In this document: positions 10,427 to 18,399 of the stretch, piece by piece | Position numbering within the stretch: the first letter of the stretch is position 1 | How the letters are laid out: each line of letters opens with the position of its first letter | Source of the DNA: Candidatus Hadarchaeota archaeon | GTDB taxonomy: Archaea; Hadarchaeota; Hadarchaeia; Hadarchaeales; Hadarchaeaceae | Assembly (NCBI GenBank): GCA_964514965.1 | Contig: CAZETV010000001.1 | Coordinates: forward strand, 330,001-362,000 | Direction of reading: 5' to 3' | DNA length: 32,000 bases | Translations under genes and position numbers: made by a program | Notes under the pieces: generated by a model | Told to the model about the DNA's origin: nothing | Database searches by the model: none | What the model saw: only the letters and a program-made list of their open reading frames with translations

Positions 10427-11387
10427 AGCAGAAGAGATATGGGTCGAGAAATATCGTCCCAAAAAGCTCAAGGAAATCGTGGGGCAGCAAGAAGTAGTGA
10501 ACAGACTTCGAATGTTTGTCGAAAAAAAATCTTTGCCCCATCTTTTGTTTGCCGGCCCACCGGGAGTCGGCAAGACTTGCGCTGCGCTCTGCATAGCACA
10601 TGAACTCTTTGGCGATGGTTGGCGGCCAAATTTGCTGGATTTGAATGCCAGCGACGAACGTGGGATAGACGTGGTCCGGACCAAGGTCAAAGACTACGCC
10701 CGAACGCGGCCCATCGGCGATTTCCCGTACAAGATAATTTACCTCGACGAGAGCGATGCCCTGACATCGGACGCCCAGCACGCATTGCGGCGAACAATGG
10801 AAATGTACACCCACACCTGTCGATTTATTTTAGCCTGCAATTACTCGAGCCGCATCATCGAGCCCATCCAGTCGCGCTGCGCCATATTTCGCTTCAGGCG
10901 ACTTTCGGGAAATGATACTGCCCAAATGCTCAAGCGCATAGCCAGCGGCGAAAAACTCACTTTAACCGACGACGCTACCAAGGCAATAATCGACATCAGC
11001 GAGGGCGACATGCGCCGGGCGATTAACGTGCTCCAAGCTGCAGCCGCGTTGAAGCGGAGGGTGGACGAAAATACCATCTACGAGGTGAGTGCTGCGGCGC
11101 ACCCGAAGGATATCCGAGAGATGCTTGAACTCGCGGTTGCGGGAAAATTCGAGGAGGCGCGGAACAAACTTTACGACTTGCTCATCGGCCAGGGGCTGGC
11201 TGGCGAGGACATCCTGCAGCAGGCCCACCGAGAAGTCTTTAACTTAAATCTGCCCGAGCGTGCGAAGATCGAGCTCATCGACAAAGTTGGCGAGTTCGAC
11301 TTTAGACTCATCGAGGGGGCGAACGAGCGGATTCAGCTTGAGGCGATGCTCGCGCACTTCGGTTTAGTCGGGAAGTCGAAATACTAG
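10419..11387 (+). CDS. rfcS: Replication factor C small subunit
   Basis: WVEKYRPKKLKEIVGQQEVVNRL, FAGPPGVGKT, IIYLDESDALT, LACNYSSRIIEPIQSRCAIFRF. Overlaps the upstream gene by 8 nt. Confidence 0.95.
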   Translation: MVEAEEIWVEKYRPKKLKEIVGQQEVVNRLRMFVEKKSLPHLLFAGPPGVGKTCAALCIAHELFGDGWRPNLLDLNASDERGIDVVRTKVKDYARTRPIGDFPYKIIYLDESDALTSDAQHALRRTMEMYTHTCRFILACNYSSRIIEPIQSRCAIFRFRRLSGNDTAQMLKRIASGEKLTLTDDATKAIIDISEGDMRRAINVLQAAAALKRRVDENTIYEVSAAAHPKDIREMLELAVAGKFEEARNKLYDLLIGQGLAGEDILQQAHREVFNLNLPERAKIELIDKVGEFDFRLIEGANERIQLEAMLAHFGLVGKSKY

Positions 11388-13507
11388 CTACTTGGCTCTG
11401 ATTTCGCCCGTTTATTTTTGCCCCAATTCACTTTGCTCGGGCACTTCGGGTCAATGCACATACAGTAGGGCCTCGCACCGACGCGGTTTATCTGAACCAT
11501 CGGGACCCCGCACTGCTTGCAGGTTTTTCCGAGCGAGATTATCATTCCGGCCTGAGGGAGCGGGAAAGAGTTCTTGCACTGCGGGTAGTTTGAACACCCT
11601 ACAAAACGCTTGTGGGTGGCACGCGAGACAATTATTTTCAAATCTCCACCGCACTTCTCACACTTCCCCACAATGCGCTGTTTCTGGCGGGTGATGAGGT
11701 AGGCCTCACCCAGCTGCTTGCCTATCTCAATCTGATGCACTCTGAACTTTTCCAAAAGCTTGTCGAGTTCATTCCTCGCTTTTTCGATGATTTCATCTTT
11801 GCTACGCTTTCCCTCCTGAATCGCCTCCATCTCGCGCTCGAACTGCACGGTCAGCTCCTCGCTCACGATTTCTGGGCAGTGTTTGAGGAGGGCGTCGATG
11901 ACCTCCATGCCCAAGTCGGTGACGGTGATCTGGTCTCCGAAGATGTAGCCCCGCGTGTAGATGTTCTGCAAGAGGATGGCGCGAGTCCCCTTTGTCCCAA
12001 GATTTCTCGCTTCCATCTCCTTCACGATCGAAGAAGGATTGTAGCGGGACGGGGGCTGGGTCTCCTTCTCCTCGAATTTCACCTCTTTCACCATGAGCTC
12101 CTGCCCCTCGCTGAACTGCGGCAGGATAATCTCCTCGGTGGCCCCGTAGCGGCCGTAGTAGGCGAGCCACCCCTCCTCGAGCACCCGCCGCCCCCTCAGG
12201 AAGAAAGGTTGCCCCCCCACATCCAGATTGACCCGTATGCTCTCCGCGAGCGCTGGCTTTCCGAAGACCGAGAAGAATCGCCGAACGATTAAGTCGTACA
12301 ACTTCTGCTGGGGTCCCGTGAGTTTTTCAGGTTTCTCGCCAGTTGGATAGACGGCCGGGTGCGCGGGGTCCGTCTTCTTGCCTTCGTTGGGTTTCAGTTC
12401 GGGCACCTCAAGTAATTCGTCCGCGAATTTCCTGTATTGTTTCGAAACTTCGCCCAACCGCCGGATGATGTCACCATAACCGATGGTCGGCGGTAGCTTC
12501 TGCGAACCGGTTCTGGGATACGAAATGAGGGCGGCCTGATAAAGGGCTTGAGCGATTTGCTGGGTGCGCATCGGGGTGTAGCCGAAGCAGCGGTAAGCTT
12601 CCGATTGCAGGAGCCCGAGGTCGAAGGGAACAGGTGGGGGGCGTTGGTACCTGCGGGTTTGGATTGTGGAGATTTTGGCAGGTTTATCCTTGCAGGCGGC
12701 CAGCGCTCGCTCAGCTTCCGACTTGTCGGAGAAGCGAGGTGTCGCGTGCTCAGCGATGAATTCCCTGCCGTCGATTTCTAGAAGCAAACCCAAAACCCAA
12801 AATGGCTCCGGCTTGAAAGCCCTGATCTCGCGTTCGCGCTCGACCAGAATTTTCAGCGTCGGAGTTTGCACGCGGCCGGCAGAAAGCTTGGCGAACTTTT
12901 CCTGCGCGGCCTCCACAGAAGCGCTCATCGCCTTGCTCAAGTTCATGCCCCAGTACCAATCGAGCACGTGGCGAGCTATGCCTGCGTCGATGAGCTCGAA
13001 GTCGAGGCGGGGCATCAGCTGCTCGTAGGACTGCCGGAGGTCCTGCACGGTGAGGGTGGAGAACTTCATCCGCCTCGCGCGATTTACAGACTCCGGGCCG
13101 CAGATGTAGCGCAACACGTTAAACGCAATGACCGAGCCTTCAAGGTCATAATCGCAGGCGCTGATGTAGTCGCTCGCGTCCTTCGCCAGCTCCCGGATAG
13201 CCTCGACGAAAACTTGAGTGCGTTTCGCCTTTCGGTCTACCTCATAAGCCGGAACCCAGTCGATGTCGTAGACGGGATAATCGCGCATGGGCTTCAGGTT
13301 TTTGAGGGTGAAAAGGTGCCCTAGAGCTGGGACGACGACCATCCGCCCGCCACCGCGCTCGAACTCGTAGTAGGGGACGCCGTTGAACTCCCCCTTTTCA
13401 GGCCGCTTCTCTGCGAGGGCGGAGGCTATCTTGATGGCCGCGCTCGGCTTCTCGCACACGATGAAAGTTTTGCCCAAGTCATCCCTCAACCCATTTTTAG
13501 CGTCCAC
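11384..13507 (-). CDS. topA: DNA topoisomerase I (type IA) with C-terminal zinc-finger region
   Basis: N-terminal Toprim (FIVCEKPSAAIKIASAL), YISYPRTGSQKLP active-site region, C-terminal Cys-rich repeats (CEKCGG, CSNYPQC, CKQCG, CMCIDPKCP). 3' end overlaps rfcS tail-to-tail. Confidence 0.95.
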   Translation of the reverse strand: MDAKNGLRDDLGKTFIVCEKPSAAIKIASALAEKRPEKGEFNGVPYYEFERGGGRMVVVPALGHLFTLKNLKPMRDYPVYDIDWVPAYEVDRKAKRTQVFVEAIRELAKDASDYISACDYDLEGSVIAFNVLRYICGPESVNRARRMKFSTLTVQDLRQSYEQLMPRLDFELIDAGIARHVLDWYWGMNLSKAMSASVEAAQEKFAKLSAGRVQTPTLKILVEREREIRAFKPEPFWVLGLLLEIDGREFIAEHATPRFSDKSEAERALAACKDKPAKISTIQTRRYQRPPPVPFDLGLLQSEAYRCFGYTPMRTQQIAQALYQAALISYPRTGSQKLPPTIGYGDIIRRLGEVSKQYRKFADELLEVPELKPNEGKKTDPAHPAVYPTGEKPEKLTGPQQKLYDLIVRRFFSVFGKPALAESIRVNLDVGGQPFFLRGRRVLEEGWLAYYGRYGATEEIILPQFSEGQELMVKEVKFEEKETQPPSRYNPSSIVKEMEARNLGTKGTRAILLQNIYTRGYIFGDQITVTDLGMEVIDALLKHCPEIVSEELTVQFEREMEAIQEGKRSKDEIIEKARNELDKLLEKFRVHQIEIGKQLGEAYLITRQKQRIVGKCEKCGGDLKIIVSRATHKRFVGCSNYPQCKNSFPLPQAGMIISLGKTCKQCGVPMVQINRVGARPYCMCIDPKCPSKVNWGKNKRAKSEPSS

Positions 13508-13648
13508 TATAATAATGGTGGAAGGGGACGAGGCCCTTACCGGAGATAGCTGCTAAAAAATGATTTCTGCACCTAAAGTCAGTTCTTCACCAAGACCTAA
13601 ATGCGCAATAGCTATCTGCTCTGAACAACTAGATAGTTTGGCGCATCC

Positions 13649-14632
13649 TTGACAACAAAGCTTGAGTTTAGAAGGCTTCCATCCGCTCCAAGCCCCGATG
13701 AACTCCTGACCAGAGCATTTAGGCGGGCATCGGAGGCAGCTGATGCCCTGCGAGCGAGAGGGGAACCTATCGAAATCGCTAAGCGGCGAGAGGCCGAGCG
13801 CATCAGGGTAATGAGCCAGACCATCAGGGAAATCTTGACAAAGCTCGTCACGGCTACACCATCGCTCTCCAACCTGCCTCCTTTTTATAAAGAGCTCGTG
13901 GCCGCTTTGGTGAACGTAGATGATGTGCGGAAGTCGCTCGGAGCGATTGATGGCACCGCTAAAATAATAAGGAGGCTTGAGCGCGAACACATTCGAAGAC
14001 TCCGAGCTGTGAGCTCACTTGGTGGGACATCCACCATCCGAAGGCAAGCTTACGGCCGAATCTCCTCCACCGTGAAGCGAGCGAGCGACCATCTGGCGGT
14101 CCTGCGGGAGGCGGAAGGAAAGCTAGCTGATCTCCCATCCGTCTTCATTGAAATGTCGACCATAGTCATAGCGGGCTACCCGAACGTGGGTAAGACGATG
14201 CTACTTCGGCGGCTCACAGGCTCAGAGCCAAAGATAGCCCCTTATCCATTCACCACCAAGGGGCTGAATCTGGGATATTTTGAGCGCGGGTACAAGCGCT
14301 ACCAGATCATCGACACGCCCGGGCTGCTCGATCGACCGCTGGAGGAGCGTAACCCCGTCGAGCGGCAAGCTATAGCCGCGCTTCGCCACCTCGCGGATGT
14401 CGTGATTTTCATGCTGGATCCATCCGGAACCTGCGGTTATGATTTCGTACGCCAGCTTCACCTGCTTGAGGATATCCGAAAGACATTCTCGAACGTCATA
14501 GCGGTAATAAACAAGACCGACTTGCTAGATGAGCAGCGGGTGCGAGAGGTTCAAGAATTATGTAAAGAAGCCATTTTCATATCTGCAGCGACGGGCCAAG
14601 GGGTACCAGAGCTCGAGAAGATTAAAATCTAG
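13649..14632 (+). CDS. NOG1/Obg-related GTPase
   Basis: G1 GYPNVGKT, G3 DTPGLLD, G4 NKTD; N-terminal NOG1-like helical region. Confidence 0.88.
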   Translation: MTTKLEFRRLPSAPSPDELLTRAFRRASEAADALRARGEPIEIAKRREAERIRVMSQTIREILTKLVTATPSLSNLPPFYKELVAALVNVDDVRKSLGAIDGTAKIIRRLEREHIRRLRAVSSLGGTSTIRRQAYGRISSTVKRASDHLAVLREAEGKLADLPSVFIEMSTIVIAGYPNVGKTMLLRRLTGSEPKIAPYPFTTKGLNLGYFERGYKRYQIIDTPGLLDRPLEERNPVERQAIAALRHLADVVIFMLDPSGTCGYDFVRQLHLLEDIRKTFSNVIAVINKTDLLDEQRVREVQELCKEAIFISAATGQGVPELEKIKI

Positions 14633-14641
14633 AAAGGAGTT

Positions 14642-15037
14642 TTGATGATGAGGAAGATGACCAAAGTCGGAAAATTAAAGGAGGGGAATTTCATCATAAT
14701 CGACGACGAGCCATGTCACATCAACAATTTTTTAACCTCACCGCCGGGGAAGCAGGGGGGCGGAAACACCAAGATAACCGCGACCGGGTTGTTTGACTCC
14801 CAAAAGCATCACATCATTCAGCCCACGAGCGCAAAAATCGAAGTGCCCATAATCGAGCGAGGAATTGCCGAAGTGCTAGCAATCGTGGCCAACAATGCGC
14901 AACTGATGAACCTCACGACCTGCGAGACCTTCGAGTTGCCGATTTCCGTAAAACTCCGAGGAGATGTGCACGAAGGAGACAGGGTGGAATACATCCAGGC
15001 CCTTGGGAGAAAGAAGATCGAACTAGTAAAAGATTAA
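14642..15037 (+). CDS. Translation initiation factor 5A (aIF5A)
   Basis: KEGNFIIIDDEPCHI..., hypusination-loop region SPPGKQGGGNTKI, VEVPII-like segment and C-terminal OB region. The loop is divergent from canonical. Confidence 0.85.
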   Translation: MMMRKMTKVGKLKEGNFIIIDDEPCHINNFLTSPPGKQGGGNTKITATGLFDSQKHHIIQPTSAKIEVPIIERGIAEVLAIVANNAQLMNLTTCETFELPISVKLRGDVHEGDRVEYIQALGRKKIELVKD

Positions 15038-15119
15038 AAAAAGACGTGGGCACTAAAATCTCAAGCGCTTCCCCAAGCTTCATTTAGGTCTCTACCTTCA
15101 TTTTAGCAATATCTTGTTA

Positions 15120-15551
15120 TCAAACTAACAACCATGGAGAGTAAGAGCGCCGGCCGTAGCGGAATATCGGATGCAGCTCGATTTCCCTGACCTCCAACAG
15201 CTGCCTGTATTTTTCGGGATTTCTTATTTTCAGCCTTTGCTTGAGCTGTTTGAATTCGAGTAGGACCCATTCTCTGGAAACCTTGATTTTTTGGATTTTT
15301 GCTGGCTCTCGAATGATTTTTTCTTTTTTAAAGTTGTAACCTCTCCTTCTCCCTTCCTCGTAAACATAATGCAGGTAAAAGCCGATGGCCGAGACCGGGT
15401 CCGAGTGCCCCTTAAATCTGTCAAGTTGGGGGTGTTTTCTCCATCCTTTAGTTTTGCCCATGAGCACCCTTTGCGCGAGCAAGGACTCTCTCCAGAGGGC
15501 CACAAGCCCTATCGCATCGAGATATTTTGGGTGAACGGTCCACAACCTCAA
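15120..15551 (-). CDS. Pyrimidine dimer DNA glycosylase-like protein
   Basis: N-terminus MRLWTVHPKYLDAIGLVALWRESLLAQRVLMGKTKGWRKHPQLDRF matches the T4 endonuclease V-like Pyr_excise family. Confidence 0.8.
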   Translation of the reverse strand: MRLWTVHPKYLDAIGLVALWRESLLAQRVLMGKTKGWRKHPQLDRFKGHSDPVSAIGFYLHYVYEEGRRRGYNFKKEKIIREPAKIQKIKVSREWVLLEFKQLKQRLKIRNPEKYRQLLEVREIELHPIFRYGRRSYSPWLLV

Positions 15552-15582
15552 GTTAAATGACCTCGCTGGCTTTCCTAAAAAT

Positions 15583-16158
15583 TCAAATAATCGCCTTTAC
15601 CCCTGCCACAACAAATTCAACCGCAACCGCAACGAGTAAGATGCCGGTCACCCTCGAAATGATGCTAATCCCATAATTTCCAAGCAACCTAACAAAATAC
15701 CGTGAACTCCACAAAATGATCCAGCTCAAGGCCAGCGCTGCCACCGCGCCAATGGTGGTGATGACATATCCGTATTCTTGCACGAAAATCACCGTTGTGA
15801 CGATGACTCCCGGGCCGGAGAGCAGCGGGGTGCCGATGAGCACAACCCCCGGCGGGAACTCGTGCTCCTTCCGAGTGAACGAAAGACCCAATACCAGCTC
15901 AACACTTAAAATGGATAGAACGATGCCGCCGGCGATTTTCAGTGACTGAAAGTCGATCCCGAAAACCGAGAGTATGGCCTGACCGAAGAACAGGAACACG
16001 AAAAGCACTACCGCCGCTATCCCGACCGCATAAGAGACAGCCTGCGCCTTTTGTTTATCGTCCATTTTCCGCGTCAAGGAGAGAAACACGGGTATGCTCG
16101 CGAAAGCGCTCATTATCACGAACAGCGATAGAAATGACTTTAGAATTTCTTCCAGCAC
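15583..16158 (-). CDS. MarC/UPF0056 family integral membrane protein
   Basis: 191 aa, six hydrophobic segments, PLLSGPGVIVTTVIFV and IISRVTGILLVAVAVEFVVAGV motifs. Confidence 0.85.
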   Translation of the reverse strand: MLEEILKSFLSLFVIMSAFASIPVFLSLTRKMDDKQKAQAVSYAVGIAAVVLFVFLFFGQAILSVFGIDFQSLKIAGGIVLSILSVELVLGLSFTRKEHEFPPGVVLIGTPLLSGPGVIVTTVIFVQEYGYVITTIGAVAALALSWIILWSSRYFVRLLGNYGISIISRVTGILLVAVAVEFVVAGVKAII

Positions 16159-16236
16159 CCCATCACCTAGGATAAATATTGGAGGTTTGGTTAGATAAGA
16201 CTGAAGATTGAACTCTGAAAAAAATAAGTAACTATG

Positions 16237-16288
16237 TTTCTGAACAATTTTTCTGAACTATGTTTCTTAACCTCCTTTCTTAACCCCT
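16237..16288. repeat. 13-bp tandem element, four copies of TTTCT(G/T)AAC at exact 13-bp spacing
   Basis: Copies at 16237, 16250, 16263 and 16276: tttctgaacaatt / tttctgaactatg / tttcttaacctcc / tttcttaacccct. A partial unit (..aactatg) lies just upstream at 16224-16236. Confidence 0.8.
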
Positions 16289-16360
16289 TATTCGAGTCTC
16301 GGTGAAAAATTTTTATGTGAAACCTAAAAATGTTAAAATTTTAGGGGGGTGTTGGGCTTG

Positions 16361-16459
16361 GTGAAGTGTGGGATTTGTAAAAAGGAAGTGCCGGAACAAC
16401 CGAAAATCACATCAGATGGCAAGTGCTCCGTCTGTGGCGCGAAATTAAAAGCGGCCTGA
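16361..16459 (+). CDS. Micro-protein, single zinc ribbon (not in the supplied ORF track)
   Basis: GTG start after a G-rich RBS-like stretch (16344-16349). Translates to (M)KCGICKKEVPEQPKITSDGKCSVCGAKLKAA*, with two CxxC knuckles. Confidence 0.6.
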   Translation: MKCGICKKEVPEQPKITSDGKCSVCGAKLKAA

Positions 16460-16469
16460 AAGTGGAAAA

Positions 16470-16536
16470 GCGCGCGCTGGTTTATTCGACACATTAATTA
16501 GCTGGCGCGCGCGAATTTTAATTTATTTCTTTTTTT
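16470..16536 (+). terminator. Putative hairpin with T-rich tract
   Basis: GCGCGCGC at 16470-16477 can pair with GCGCGCGC at 16505-16512, followed by TTTATTTCTTTTTTT at 16521-16535. Confidence 0.35.
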
Positions 16537-16588
16537 AATTGTTAGTTCAGTGCTAGTAGAACAGGGGCATATAACTCGATTTTTTCGG

Positions 16589-16649
16589 TCGCTTCGCCAC
16601 GAGGGCTGAGGCTATCTTGACGGCCGCGCTCGGCTTCTCGCAACGATGA
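16589..16649 (-). pseudogene. Decayed fragment duplicating the 5' coding end of topA
   Basis: 16600-16642 is identical at 41/43 positions to 13417-13459 inside topA. On the - strand it reads CEKPSAAVKIASALVAKRPKK, against CEKPSAAIKIASALAEKRPEK in TopA, then hits a stop. A 1-nt deletion lies just before it. Confidence 0.8.
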
Positions 16650-16706
16650 GGGTTAGTGGTGGATAGTCGAGTGGGCTTTTAGTAAAATGAGGGGGAGAAT
16701 CTTGGA

Positions 16707-17048
16707 TTGGAATTCAAAAAAGGAGATAATTCAATAGCTAGCAGAAAAGAAATATTAGATACTGTGGAGGTTGCTCTCAGAGAACTGACGAATGAATTCA
16801 TCCGAAATCCAATGCGTTTCTTCTCCGAAAAAGACTTCCATTGGTATTTCTGTTATCTATTAAACACGAACGAGCTAGTCAAAACCCGGTTTGATGGTTA
16901 CAAGACAATGATTTGCACCAAGAACCTGCCGAAGCATATCAAAAATGATTGCGATACGTTGAAGTCGAGTGGCGCGAGGAACAGGTATATTGCCATTTAC
17001 TACCGAGATCAAACTGGGAGAGTGGAAAAGTTTCGTCGCGTAAGGTAA
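16707..17048 (+). CDS. Hypothetical protein, possible truncated nuclease-like ORF
   Basis: 114 codons from a TTG. The FFSEKDFHWYFCYLLNTNELVKTRFDGYKT segment resembles the N-terminal part of some PD-(D/E)XK proteins, but no ExK motif follows in any forward frame I translated. Confidence 0.4.
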   Translation: MEFKKGDNSIASRKEILDTVEVALRELTNEFIRNPMRFFSEKDFHWYFCYLLNTNELVKTRFDGYKTMICTKNLPKHIKNDCDTLKSSGARNRYIAIYYRDQTGRVEKFRRVR

Positions 17049-17071
17049 TCGCGCGAATCAATGCATAGGGG

Positions 17072-18298
17072 ATGATGTGGTTGGCACAGCGTAAATTTGG
17101 AGGATTCAAATCAATCGTGTTCAGGTCCTGTGATGGGACAAAGAAGGGGGCTCATCGGATATGTTTAGCGCTCAAGAACTTGAAGGTAGATATTGAGCTA
17201 AAAATCACCGCTAAAATTGATAAAAACCTCGTCGGAAAAGTTTCTAATTCATGGAGTCAGGGAAAATACTACCGGGATGCCGCTTGGCTCATGTTTACGA
17301 ATCGAAAAGTTGGCGCGTATAAACATCCTCAACTAACGGTGAACCTGTTTGAGGACGAAGTCTGGATTGGTTTTAGATCCCATGGGGATGATGAGTACGC
17401 TTTCCGATATCCATTTAAAATAGGAGACTATGCTAGAAAACACCCTAAACGTTTTAGAAAGTTGGTAAGCAGCCTTTCCAAAGTGGAGTGGGGATTTGAC
17501 TCCGACGAAAGAACAAATAATTTTACTACTCCTCGGCGCTTTACATCAAGAGAGTTAGAGATAAGACTTCGACAAAAATTCGAATGGATCAACACTAGAT
17601 TCGATAAAAGAGACCCGCTTGCGAAAAATAGCCGAATTGCAGATGAGATAGTAGATATCTTCAGCAGGCTCTATCCCCTCTATGCGATCACCGTGGGCAA
17701 GAGTTTTCAAATTGAAAGGCTTCTACCCGAAAAACAACTAGAGACCGTTGAAATTGTTGACCTCAGCCGTTCCCGCAAAGAAGTTTTGGAAAAAGCTAAA
17801 AAAGTATTCAAAAAGGGCGGCAAAGGCATAGATTTATCAGGCATCTATGCACCCTCTAGGAAAATAAGAGTTCCAATTCGAGAATCCAGAAAAATTGTAA
17901 TTAGATACTATGCCGCACTTTTAGACAAACTCAACCTTAGGCCGGTAGAAATCGGTGGCGAAACTTTACTTGTTGCGCCTGGCATGAGGATACCTCCGGT
18001 TAGAAAAATAAAGAGGTTTAAAGCGTTTTTAAGAAAAATTATAAGGATCATGGGTGGAAATCCAGAAACAGTTAAAATCATGGTTAAGGAACCCACTTCT
18101 GACGCAAGAATCATAGACAAACAGATCGTGTTTAATGCTACCCTGATAAACCATTCGCCCATATTTTGGATGATAATAGCGGCACGAGAGCTAGCATCGC
18201 TTAGATACAAGGAGCATTACCAGCATGTCAAGGCAATGAGCATCCTACTTGAAAGAGCTATAAAACATTTAGACGAAATTGATACCCGCTTTAGCTAA
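17072..18298 (+). CDS. Uncharacterised 408-aa protein upstream of the McrBC-like pair
   Basis: Long intact ORF, RBS-like aggggat before ATG, same strand as the McrB/McrC-like genes, 23 nt after the previous ORF. No family confidently recognised. Confidence 0.75.
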   Translation: MMWLAQRKFGGFKSIVFRSCDGTKKGAHRICLALKNLKVDIELKITAKIDKNLVGKVSNSWSQGKYYRDAAWLMFTNRKVGAYKHPQLTVNLFEDEVWIGFRSHGDDEYAFRYPFKIGDYARKHPKRFRKLVSSLSKVEWGFDSDERTNNFTTPRRFTSRELEIRLRQKFEWINTRFDKRDPLAKNSRIADEIVDIFSRLYPLYAITVGKSFQIERLLPEKQLETVEIVDLSRSRKEVLEKAKKVFKKGGKGIDLSGIYAPSRKIRVPIRESRKIVIRYYAALLDKLNLRPVEIGGETLLVAPGMRIPPVRKIKRFKAFLRKIIRIMGGNPETVKIMVKEPTSDARIIDKQIVFNATLINHSPIFWMIIAARELASLRYKEHYQHVKAMSILLERAIKHLDEIDTRFS

Positions 18299-18399
18299 GA
18301 GGAATCTAATAGTTTCTCCAAAGCGCCTGTGGATCAAGGTAAGATAAGAATTGAAGTGATTTAAAGGTATAAGGTTAAAATTATCCCAACGTTGTATAG

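Noticed and set aside
11612-12292. 226-aa + strand ORF
   Set aside because: Antisense to topA; Leu/His-rich shadow ORF with no recognisable domain.
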